Assembly (NCBI GenBank): GCA_963847455.1
Contig: CAWKAG010000056.1
Span: 12,421 to 76,420 of the forward strand
Source: an uncultured Acidimicrobiia bacterium
Lineage (GTDB): Bacteria > Actinomycetota > Acidimicrobiia > Spongiisociales > JAENVV01
Direction: 5' to 3'
Length of the DNA stretch: 64,000 nt
Of the stretch, positions 56,349-64,000 are shown one piece after another. The notes beneath the pieces are model-generated. The model searched no databases, was not told where the DNA came from, and worked only from the letters and a program-made list of their open reading frames with translations. The position numbers and the translations under genes were made by a program. The stretch's first letter is position 1. Every line of letters starts with the position of its first letter.

Positions 56349-57589
56349 CGCATCGGGTCGTGATCGTCGGAGCCGGATTCGCCGGGCTCAATGCTGCGAA
56401 ACGCCTCAAACGTGCCCCGGTCGAGATCACGATCATCGATCGAGCCAACTACCACCTGTTCCAGCCCCTCCTGTATCAGGTCGCCACCGGCGGCCTCTCC
56501 CCCGCTGACATAGCCTCCCCAATCCGGTACATCCTTCGACACCAATCGAACGCCCGGGTCATCCTCGATACCGTCACCGACGTCGATCTAGAGGAGCGAC
56601 TAGTCGTCACCACGACCGGCCTCATCCCCTACGACACACTCATCGTCGCCACCGGCGCCACGCACCACTACTTCGGACACGACGAATGGGAAACGGCCGC
56701 CCCAGGACTCAAGACACTGAAAGACGCCACTGGCATCCGGGCTTCGATTCTTGAAGCGTTCGAACTCGCCGAACGCACCGACAGCGCCGCAAATCTGACC
56801 TTCGTGGTGGTCGGTGGAGGACCCACGGGCGCCGAGATGGCCGGGACCATCGCTGAGATGGCTCGTGATACGCTCCGCAGAGATTTCCGTTCGATCGACC
56901 CGGGGGCGGCCAGAGTCATCCTGGTGGAGGCCGGGCCGCAGGTGTTGCCAACCTTCTCTGGCGAACTGCCAGCCAAAGCGGCCAAGCAGTTGAAGGACCT
57001 GGGCGTCGAGGTTCGAACTGGATGGCAGGCCACGGAGATAATCACCGAGGCTGTCACGGTCACCGACGGCTCGCAAACCGAAACGATCCCCACCCACCTG
57101 GCGGTATGGGCGGCGGGGGTCAAAGGGTCAGACCTGGGAGCGCAGATCGTTGGGCCCGATGGCCTCGATAGAGCAGGCCGGGTCATCGTCGGCGACGATC
57201 TCACCATTCCTGGACACCCGGAAGTGTTCGTTCTCGGCGACCTCGCCCATGCGAAATCTGCAGGCGAACAGGTTCCGGGGGTCGCCCCGGCGGCGATTCA
57301 GGCCGGAAAGTATGCCGGCGACGCCATCAAAGCCAGACTCAACAGCTCTCCGGTGCCGCCTTTCGTTTACCGCGACAAAGGCAGCATGGCGACGATCGGG
57401 CGGAAGTCAGGCGTTGCCGAGATCGGGAAGCTGCGCCTCCATGGATGGCCGGCCTGGATGGCCTGGCTGGCCATCCATATCTGGTTCCTTATCGGCTTCG
57501 AGAATCGGCTGTTGGTGGTTACCCAATGGGCTTGGAACTACGTCACCCGCAACCGGAGTGCCCGGCTTATCGTGCGATACCGGGACTAA
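56345..57589 (+). CDS. ndh: Type II NADH dehydrogenase (NDH-2)
   Basis: VGAGFAG, YHLFQPLLYQVATG, VVGGGPTGAEMAG, VWAAGV, GVAPAAIQAG and YRDKGSMATIGR. Confidence 0.94.
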   Translation: MTHRVVIVGAGFAGLNAAKRLKRAPVEITIIDRANYHLFQPLLYQVATGGLSPADIASPIRYILRHQSNARVILDTVTDVDLEERLVVTTTGLIPYDTLIVATGATHHYFGHDEWETAAPGLKTLKDATGIRASILEAFELAERTDSAANLTFVVVGGGPTGAEMAGTIAEMARDTLRRDFRSIDPGAARVILVEAGPQVLPTFSGELPAKAAKQLKDLGVEVRTGWQATEIITEAVTVTDGSQTETIPTHLAVWAAGVKGSDLGAQIVGPDGLDRAGRVIVGDDLTIPGHPEVFVLGDLAHAKSAGEQVPGVAPAAIQAGKYAGDAIKARLNSSPVPPFVYRDKGSMATIGRKSGVAEIGKLRLHGWPAWMAWLAIHIWFLIGFENRLLVVTQWAWNYVTRNRSARLIVRYRD

Positions 57590-59418
57590 GCGTCTGCCTT
57601 TTTGGCTGCTTGCTTCCGGTCTGACTCGGAGCGATGACGCTTACGAACCCGGATCGACTTGGGCGTGACTTCAACCAGTTCATCGTCGCCAATCCACTCG
57701 ATCGCCAGTTCAAGAGTCAACACCTTGGGAGGCGTCAGCTTGATGGCGTCGTCAGCGGCAGCTGAACGGATGTTGGTCAGCTGTTTGGGTTTGGCCGGGT
57801 TGGCGGGAAGATCCTGAGGTCGTGATGACTCTCCGATGATCATTCCCTCGTAAACAGGGGCGCCAGGACCAACAAACAACGTACCGCGCTTCTGAAGATT
57901 GTCGAGGGCAAATCCGGTGGTCTCGCCGGAGCGGTCCGAAATCATGGCCCCACCTTGACGGTGTGGTAGTTCGCCGACGAGAGGCATCCATCCGACGTGG
58001 CGTTGGTGAACCATCGCCGTTCCGCGGGTGGCGGTCATCATCAACGATCGGAAACCCAACAGACCTCTCGCCGGCGCCGTCGCGGTGATGATTGTTCTAC
58101 CGGCATCGCCGGGTGCCATGTCGAGTACCTGGCCTTTGCGAGGTGCCAACGTTTGGGTCACCGTGCCGATGTACTCGTCCGGGACATCGACGACCGCCTC
58201 TTCGACCGGCTCCTGCTTCTTCCCATCGATCTCACGAACGACAACCTCTGGCCGGCTGACCTGTAGCTCGAAACCCTCGCGGCGCATGGACTCGATAAGG
58301 ACGGCAAGTTGCAGCTCGCCACGTCCAGCTACTTCGATGACCTCAGGCGACGCAGTCTCACCAAGCTTGATCGACACGTTTCCGAGAATCTCTTTCTCGA
58401 GTCGATCTCGGATTTGGCGTGATGTAAGGAACTTGCCTTCCTTGCCCGCCAGCGGCGAAGTGTTGACCCCGAACGTCATCCGTAACACAGGTTCGTCGAC
58501 AATCAGGCGATCGAGCGCTACTGGGTTGATCGGGTCGGCCAACGTGTCGCCGATCTCGACTTCCGGGATTCCGGCCACAATGAACAGGTCGCCGGCGGTG
58601 CGTTCAGTCACGTCGATACGCTGCAAGCCCTCGAACCCCATCAGGGCCGTGAGCCGCTTCTTCATCGGAGCTTCATCGTCGCGTCCGTGACATACCGCTA
58701 TCTGGCTGCCAGTCTTCAGGGTTCCCTGGATGACCCGGCCGATGGCCATCCGACCGAGATAGTCGGACGCATCCAGACTCGAAACGAGAGCTTGGAGCGG
58801 GGCGTCAGGATCGCCCGTCGAAGAAGGAATGGTTTCGAGGATGGTGTCGAGCAGTGGACTGAGATCGCCATCAGGTGCGGGCATGCCGATGCCTGCCACA
58901 GCCAGACCTTCACGGGCGATAGCGCTCACGATGGGAAACTCGATATGGTGTTCGCCGGCGTCAAGGTCAAAGAACAGTTCGTAGACCTCGTCTACCACCG
59001 CGGCCGGACGCGCATCCGCACGATCGACCTTGTTGATCACAACGACAGCTGGCAAGTCCAACGCCAGCGCCTTCTGCAGAACGTATCGGGTCTGAGGTTT
59101 TGGTCCCTCAGCAGCGTCGACCAAAAGCAGAACGCCGTCCACAAGTGCCAGCGCCCGTTCGACCTCACCGCCAAAATCGGCGTGACCCGGAGTGTCGACG
59201 ATATTGATCCGGACGCCCTTCCACTCCACCGAGGCAGCCTTGGCAAGGATGGTGATTCCGCGTTCACGCTCCTGATCATTCGAGTCCATGACCCGGTCAT
59301 CAGGGCGCTCGTGAGCTGCGAAGACGCCGGTGGTCCGGAGCATCGCATCAACGAGGGTGGTTTTGCCATGATCGACGTGCGCGATCAAAGCGATGTTTCT
59401 AAAGGAAGAAGCAGACAT
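57586..59418 (-). CDS. typA: Translational GTPase TypA/BipA
   Basis: AHVDHGKTTL, ERGITI, DTPGHADFGGEVER, NKVD, GRGELQL, LTNIRS and EVTPKSIR. Confidence 0.98.
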   Translation of the reverse strand: MSASSFRNIALIAHVDHGKTTLVDAMLRTTGVFAAHERPDDRVMDSNDQERERGITILAKAASVEWKGVRINIVDTPGHADFGGEVERALALVDGVLLLVDAAEGPKPQTRYVLQKALALDLPAVVVINKVDRADARPAAVVDEVYELFFDLDAGEHHIEFPIVSAIAREGLAVAGIGMPAPDGDLSPLLDTILETIPSSTGDPDAPLQALVSSLDASDYLGRMAIGRVIQGTLKTGSQIAVCHGRDDEAPMKKRLTALMGFEGLQRIDVTERTAGDLFIVAGIPEVEIGDTLADPINPVALDRLIVDEPVLRMTFGVNTSPLAGKEGKFLTSRQIRDRLEKEILGNVSIKLGETASPEVIEVAGRGELQLAVLIESMRREGFELQVSRPEVVVREIDGKKQEPVEEAVVDVPDEYIGTVTQTLAPRKGQVLDMAPGDAGRTIITATAPARGLLGFRSLMMTATRGTAMVHQRHVGWMPLVGELPHRQGGAMISDRSGETTGFALDNLQKRGTLFVGPGAPVYEGMIIGESSRPQDLPANPAKPKQLTNIRSAAADDAIKLTPPKVLTLELAIEWIGDDELVEVTPKSIRVRKRHRSESDRKQAAKKADA

Positions 59419-59568
59419 GCGGCCGGGAATAGTAACGGAAACCCGCCCGAGTGAGACATTGACTATAAGCCACCGTCGACCACCATCGGACCGGGCCCGC
59501 CGTCGATAAGCAGTGGGATCAACGCGGGTAGCGCCGCCGGGCGATCCGCGCGTCCAGCAATAGTCAGG

Positions 59569-59607
59569 TCCGGGGGTCCGAGAGGGTGTCCTCAGCGAAC
59601 CCCCGGA
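59569..59607 (-). terminator. Hairpin downstream of the secreted-protein gene
   Basis: TCCGGGGGT...GAGG-GTGT-CCTC...ACCCCCGGA. Confidence 0.6.
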
Positions 59608-59617
59608 TCACAATCGG

Positions 59618-60604
59618 CTACTTGGCGGTCACGACCAGCTTCTGGGTGTTTCCATTATTCAGTCGATAGGTAATCGTGTACGTCCCGGCGACGTCGGCAT
59701 CGGTCGTGAACGTCGTCAGCAAGACCCCAACCGGGAACTCGCTGATGGCCGTGATGCCGGGCCACGACGGGCCGCCGGTCGCGATCCCGTAATCGTCGGC
59801 TCCAGCAGGTGCGTCGATCCATACTTGACCCACCGTCTTCTTGCCCTGGACCAAGCGCCCGTGGGTGAGACTGGTCATGGCAATGTCGACTCCGAGGAAT
59901 GGAGTGAAGACGTCATCAAGCACCGAGCTACCTCCATCCCACAGGTACAGCCCGACTGGATTCGCTGGATCGCCCGGGGTTACCGACTGGTAGATCGCGT
60001 TGTTGAACGGCGGTGGTGCACCGCCACTGAAGACGCTGACCGCATTCACACTCGGTCGAGCCTTGGGCAGAATGTGCACCGTGCCGACACCTGTATAGGT
60101 TGCCGCTGAGCCCGGATCTGGCTGGATGACCAGATCCACGTCATACATGCCGGGCCCCGGGTTGCGGAACGAATTCAAAAGCAAATGGACCTGCTTGAAA
60201 CCTGGTCCATTGTCGCCGACCAAGAAATCGGCCGTGAGCGTGGCAGTGACCGTGTTTCCGGCGGTCGAGGTCACCCAGGGGAAAGCCGGGGGCGGAGCGG
60301 GTGGACTCTGGGGCCACCCCTGGAGCAGAATCGCCGTGTTCGTCCCGACCTCGGTGTTCAAGAAGGCCGGTGGCAGCGTTGCGGTCACGGTTCCGCCCTC
60401 AAGCATGCTGATGCCTTGAACACTTGGGGCGATATCACGGAAGGTCAGCACGAAGTCGGTAATCGCTCCGGCCGTCGTGCCATCCGGGGTAATCGGCGCC
60501 TTCGTAGTTGTGATGTCCAAGTGATAGTCGGCCACTGCGGCGGATATCGGGATCAGTGTCACCAGTAAGGCAACCGATAGTGCGATAGACGAGAAACGTT
60601 TCAT
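59618..60604 (-). CDS. Hypothetical secreted protein
   Basis: GGAGGG RBS; Sec signal MKRFSSIALSVALLVTLIPISAAVA; T/G/P-rich beta-type sequence. Confidence 0.85.
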   Translation of the reverse strand: MKRFSSIALSVALLVTLIPISAAVADYHLDITTTKAPITPDGTTAGAITDFVLTFRDIAPSVQGISMLEGGTVTATLPPAFLNTEVGTNTAILLQGWPQSPPAPPPAFPWVTSTAGNTVTATLTADFLVGDNGPGFKQVHLLLNSFRNPGPGMYDVDLVIQPDPGSAATYTGVGTVHILPKARPSVNAVSVFSGGAPPPFNNAIYQSVTPGDPANPVGLYLWDGGSSVLDDVFTPFLGVDIAMTSLTHGRLVQGKKTVGQVWIDAPAGADDYGIATGGPSWPGITAISEFPVGVLLTTFTTDADVAGTYTITYRLNNGNTQKLVVTAK

Positions 60605-60804
60605 TTTCCCTCCAAATTTGCGAACCCCAAGGACATGGGGCAACCCCATCTGGGCAGGTCGGATCTGGGGAGAGGAAGATCGAAGAACGAGGCCCGATCC
60701 AGTTGAAAGGTCACCAGAAGTAGATCACGCGCCTATGAACAACGCCGACGAACTGTCGCAAAACCGACGTTCGCAGCATCCACTCCCAACTCGCTTGGCG
60801 CGCC

Positions 60805-62013
60805 CTAGAACATCTCCTGGCAATACGCGGCGACATCGCACCGCAACATGTCCCCGAGCAGAGCGATGGCCTCAGTGGTACCTGTGAGACGACCAACGCG
60901 GGCCAGTTCGAAGGGAGATCGGTCGCCCAGATATGCCGAGGCGAGCGCCGCTACGTCAACCGACACATCCGGGTCATCCTCAACTACGTCACACAATCCC
61001 CGTCCGGCAGACACCGTAAGGCGATAAGTCTTCTCGTTCCACGGACAAACCGGATCCGCCACGGCCAGGGTCACGGTGCCATCGCGCTGATACGAGCGTT
61101 CCTGGAGGGCTGCCCGAACATCAACCAGCCGCAAGTACAGAGCATCGCTGACTTTGCGGGCCGCCAGCCGGGGATCCAACAACCACCAGTCGAACGGTCG
61201 GTCGATCGGATCGTTCCAATTAACGACCTCATCGACCAGATCGATTTCGGTGAGGAACTGCCAGACAGCGCGTTCAGATATGTCGTCGGCCCCGAACGCC
61301 TCCGACAGCCTCACGATCTGGCGACCCTCGTCATTCCACTTCGCACGGAAAATCGCATAACCCACATCGACGCCATCCACCGATGCAACCAGGCGACGAT
61401 GGGCACTCCAGCCTTCCCGCCGGTCCGGCGGATCTGACAACAACCCTTCCCACCAGGAGCCGTCCCTGGTGAACATACCGGGGCGGCGCTGACGCTCCAC
61501 ATCAAAGAGATCCGGGAAGACTTTGAGCGCCTCGTCTGAATCAACCAATCGGAACTGGTGACCTGATGCGGGCGCACCGATAAACATTCCCGGGCGTACC
61601 GTCAACTTCAGATCATGGTGACGGGCTGCCAATCCATAGCCAAAACGACCATAAATGGCAGCCTCGGAGGCCCAGAGGGTCGCCAGTGGCTCGCCCCGTT
61701 CTAAACAACCGGCGAAGTGTTCGACCATGAGGCGACGAGTGATGCCTCTCCGCCGGTGCGTCGGCAGGATGGCAACGCCGGTCACCCCGCTAGTTGGCAA
61801 TTGCCCACCAGGAATGGTGGTTTCAAATGGGAATGAGCCGAAGGTTGCGACCAGCGTGGCGCCGTCTCGGGCAGTCGTGGACCGCTCGAGCCGGTGCCGG
61901 CGTTTGGCGCGCTCCAATTGCTCCGGTGAGGTATCGGCAGCAAACGCGACTCCCATGGTCGCGAACCACTCGTCGAATTCCTCGGCTGCCACCGGTCCAG
62001 TCGTGATGCTCAC
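60805..62013 (-). CDS. eis: Eis-like GNAT acetyltransferase with an SCP2 domain
   Basis: VAILPTHRRRG, LWASEAAIYGRFGYG, LYLRLVDV, LASAYLG and C-terminal Phe. Confidence 0.93.
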   Translation of the reverse strand: MSITTGPVAAEEFDEWFATMGVAFAADTSPEQLERAKRRHRLERSTTARDGATLVATFGSFPFETTIPGGQLPTSGVTGVAILPTHRRRGITRRLMVEHFAGCLERGEPLATLWASEAAIYGRFGYGLAARHHDLKLTVRPGMFIGAPASGHQFRLVDSDEALKVFPDLFDVERQRRPGMFTRDGSWWEGLLSDPPDRREGWSAHRRLVASVDGVDVGYAIFRAKWNDEGRQIVRLSEAFGADDISERAVWQFLTEIDLVDEVVNWNDPIDRPFDWWLLDPRLAARKVSDALYLRLVDVRAALQERSYQRDGTVTLAVADPVCPWNEKTYRLTVSAGRGLCDVVEDDPDVSVDVAALASAYLGDRSPFELARVGRLTGTTEAIALLGDMLRCDVAAYCQEMF

Positions 62014-62072
62014 CTCACGCAATCTAAACCCGGAGCGTCGACAGGGCCGGACAATTATCGGTAAGTCGTTTC

Positions 62073-62094
62073 TGTCACTGTGAACCATTACCGT
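62073..62094 (+). promoter_or_regulatory. Second RecA-NDp/PafBC-type promoter (leaderless)
   Basis: TGTCACTG-tgaaccat(8 nt)-TACCGT, then 7 nt, then ATG 62102. Confidence 0.72.
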
Positions 62095-62101
62095 GTCAAC
62101 G

Positions 62102-62573
62102 ATGGAAGTAGAAGTAATTCGATCGGCTCGTCGCCGAAAGACCATCCAGGCCCGGCTCGAATCGGGGGTCCTCAAAGTGATGGTCCCCGATACCTTGACC
62201 GCCGAGCAAGAAGCCCATTGGGTTGATGTGATGCGGACCAAGCTCGCAACCAAGACGACGACAACCCCCGGGCTTGAGGATCGGGCGGCACGACTTGCCG
62301 ACCAGTACGACCTCAAGCGTCCAAAGACCGTCTCGTGGTCGACCCGCCAGAACCACCGGTGGGGATCATGCACGCCCGCCAATGGGAGCATTCGTCTGTC
62401 GTCGCGTACTGAGAGACTTCCCCGACTGGGTGATTGACTACGTGCTGATCCATGAACTGGCCCACCTTTCGGAGTCCGGCCATGGGGCGGCCTTCAAGGC
62501 ACTTCTCGCCCGCTACCCGAAGGCCGAACGCGCTGAAGGCTATTTGATCGCCAAGACCGAAAACCCCACCTAA
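62102..62573 (+). pseudogene. M48/YgjP (DUF45)-family zinc metalloprotein, +1 frameshift at 62408 (probably a sequencing error)
   Basis: RSARRRKT, RWGSCT and IRLSSR, then (other frame) LRDFPDWVIDYVLIHELAHL..GHG..F; one extra A at 62408. Confidence 0.9.
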
Positions 62574-63712
62574 GTCGCTCGTAGAGTCCGGGCCCGAAAC
62601 CAGGCGTACGCCAGGACTGCCCAACTGACCAGCAGCACCGGACCTAAGGCTTCAAGGGTGAATCGCTCAGCGAGCACGCCGACCAGCCACGGCAAGAAGG
62701 CCGCACCCAGCCCGGCCACCGCCAACTGATACCCGACAGCCGCTTCCGTCCCGTCGCCCCCTACCTGCGCCGGGGTGAGCGACACGAGACCGGGGAATAC
62801 CGATGCCATACCCAGTCCCAGTATCGGGAGTCCGGCCGCTCCCCAGCCAGCCGGATTCACCCAAAGGATCATGGTGCCAACGAGAATCATCAGTATTGAG
62901 GCGTCAATCGCTGACTTAATGGAAACCCGCTTCCCGAAGAACCCCATCCCGAGACGCCCGGCAGTCAGGCCTCCCCAGAACAGACCAACCCACCAGCCAG
63001 CTGCGGACTCATGCAATCCCCGCTGTTCGAATAGGAGCGTGAAAGACCATTGTCCGGCGGCAACCTCCATGCCGGTGTAGAAGAAGAACGCCGCCAAGGT
63101 GGAGGCACGGGCAGGGCGTCCCGGCCCACTACTGGCGTCGACGGGTACGACCTTCCACATGGGCGACACCCCCATCGCCGTAGCGAAGAGGATCAAGCCC
63201 ACCGCGGCCAAACCAACAAACGCCCAACGCCAGTCGGGCAGCACCGCGACCACCACCAGCGGCCCCATGGTCGCTCCCAACCCGAAGAGCCCGTGCAATA
63301 GGCTCATGGCTCGTAGTGACCGGAATCGGGCGAAGTACGAGTTGACGCTCGTGTCGAGCGAGCCGCCGCCCAGCCCACTGAGAAACCAAGCGAAAATGAC
63401 GGTCGGCCAGTTCGGAGCGAGAACAAACGTCACGAGCGCCAATACGCCAAGTCCAACGGCTCCGACCATGGCTCGACCAATCCCCAACCGCGCGGTCAGG
63501 CGCGGTGCTAACAACGACCCGGCGATGTAGCCAATCGTCAGTGCTGCCGTGAGAAGTCCGAGTCCCGATACGGATAGATCGAACTCGCCCCGCAGCGTCG
63601 GCCAGCTCGGACCGAGAGACCCATCGGTGAATCCCAGTTGCGCAAAGGCCGCGAAGCCAAATGCCGTCAGCAGCCAGACGACTGGTTTGCGCCTATTCGA
63701 CGACTCGGTCAC
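62570..63712 (-). CDS. MFS transporter (FucP-like)
   Basis: About 12 TM helices; GGGSLDTSVNSY, LHG.FGLGA..GP, Y.GME and FWGGLTAGR. GTG start at 63712. Confidence 0.9.
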   Translation of the reverse strand: MTESSNRRKPVVWLLTAFGFAAFAQLGFTDGSLGPSWPTLRGEFDLSVSGLGLLTAALTIGYIAGSLLAPRLTARLGIGRAMVGAVGLGVLALVTFVLAPNWPTVIFAWFLSGLGGGSLDTSVNSYFARFRSLRAMSLLHGLFGLGATMGPLVVVAVLPDWRWAFVGLAAVGLILFATAMGVSPMWKVVPVDASSGPGRPARASTLAAFFFYTGMEVAAGQWSFTLLFEQRGLHESAAGWWVGLFWGGLTAGRLGMGFFGKRVSIKSAIDASILMILVGTMILWVNPAGWGAAGLPILGLGMASVFPGLVSLTPAQVGGDGTEAAVGYQLAVAGLGAAFLPWLVGVLAERFTLEALGPVLLVSWAVLAYAWFRARTLRAT

Positions 63713-63822
63713 ATCTGAACTGTCTGAAAAGGGACATCCGCGATGGACCCTAACGGGTGAACGCTCAACCCCGGTCGTCGCGTCCACTAGGTTCTCTAGC
63801 GGGAACCAACCTGAGGAGATCC

Positions 63823-64000
63823 ATGAGCGACGCAACCGTCCGGGCACGCGCCAACGACATACCGGTATATCAGTTCGATTCTCTTGCGTGGACGAGTCCA
63901 AAACCGCTGTCCGAGTCGCGGGTAGCTGTGGTCACCACCGCCGGTTTGACGACCGATTCAGCGAGCCTGTGGTCCCAATCCGACGAGGGATTCACGGTGC
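63823..64000 (+). CDS. Glycine/sarcosine/betaine/D-proline reductase component B (GrdB/PrdB)-like protein, 5' part only
   Basis: GAGGAG RBS; ATG 63823 opens MSDATVRARANDIPVYQFDSLAWTSPKPLSESRVAVVTTAGL, which runs off the window. It is absent from the ORF track. Confidence 0.75.
   Translation, partial: MSDATVRARANDIPVYQFDSLAWTSPKPLSESRVAVVTTAGLTTDSASLWSQSDEGFTV

Noticed and set aside
60650-62391. Long N-terminal extensions given by the ORF track (eis from 62391; also MFS 63901, NAGPA 36566, DUF4353 36513, NYN 5288)
   Set aside because: They overlap neighbouring genes or promoters; downstream starts fit the RBS or signal peptide and family N-termini better.

Overview
A GC-rich (about 62% by eye), gene-dense chromosomal segment of an actinobacterium. 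It is most likely Acidimicrobiia (inference from mycothiol/DinB-family enzymes, F420-type oxidoreductases, DUF222-HNH, a TipA regulator, Eis and pervasive leaderless promoters), and possibly marine because it encodes a clear DddP DMSP lyase. About 68 protein genes are supported; I found no rRNA, tRNA or CRISPR array. Main blocks: IclR/hypothetical/PhnD-like operon; ribokinase and queuosine-salvage glycosylase; NYN-LOTUS RNase opposite a DEAD-box helicase; a detoxification cluster with TipA; kup; a sensor-less hybrid kinase; hydantoinase/oxoprolinase AB; ltaE; satP; dddP; an amino-acid catabolic cluster; a DUF4353/phosphodiester glycosidase/GT2-GtrA module; a Zur-type metal ABC locus; yaaA; parA/Zn-ribbon/ndh; typA; eis. 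The most unusual element is an ~830-bp array of ~185-bp hairpin-rich tandem repeats (49818-50648), with stem covariation, directly upstream of a DUF222-HNH nuclease. That gene and an M48/YgjP-like gene share an identical TGTCACTG-N8-TAnnnT (RecA-NDp/PafBC-type) DNA-damage promoter. Five genes carry single +1 frameshifts, which probably reflect assembly errors. All family assignments are from motif recognition by eye; no database search was run.
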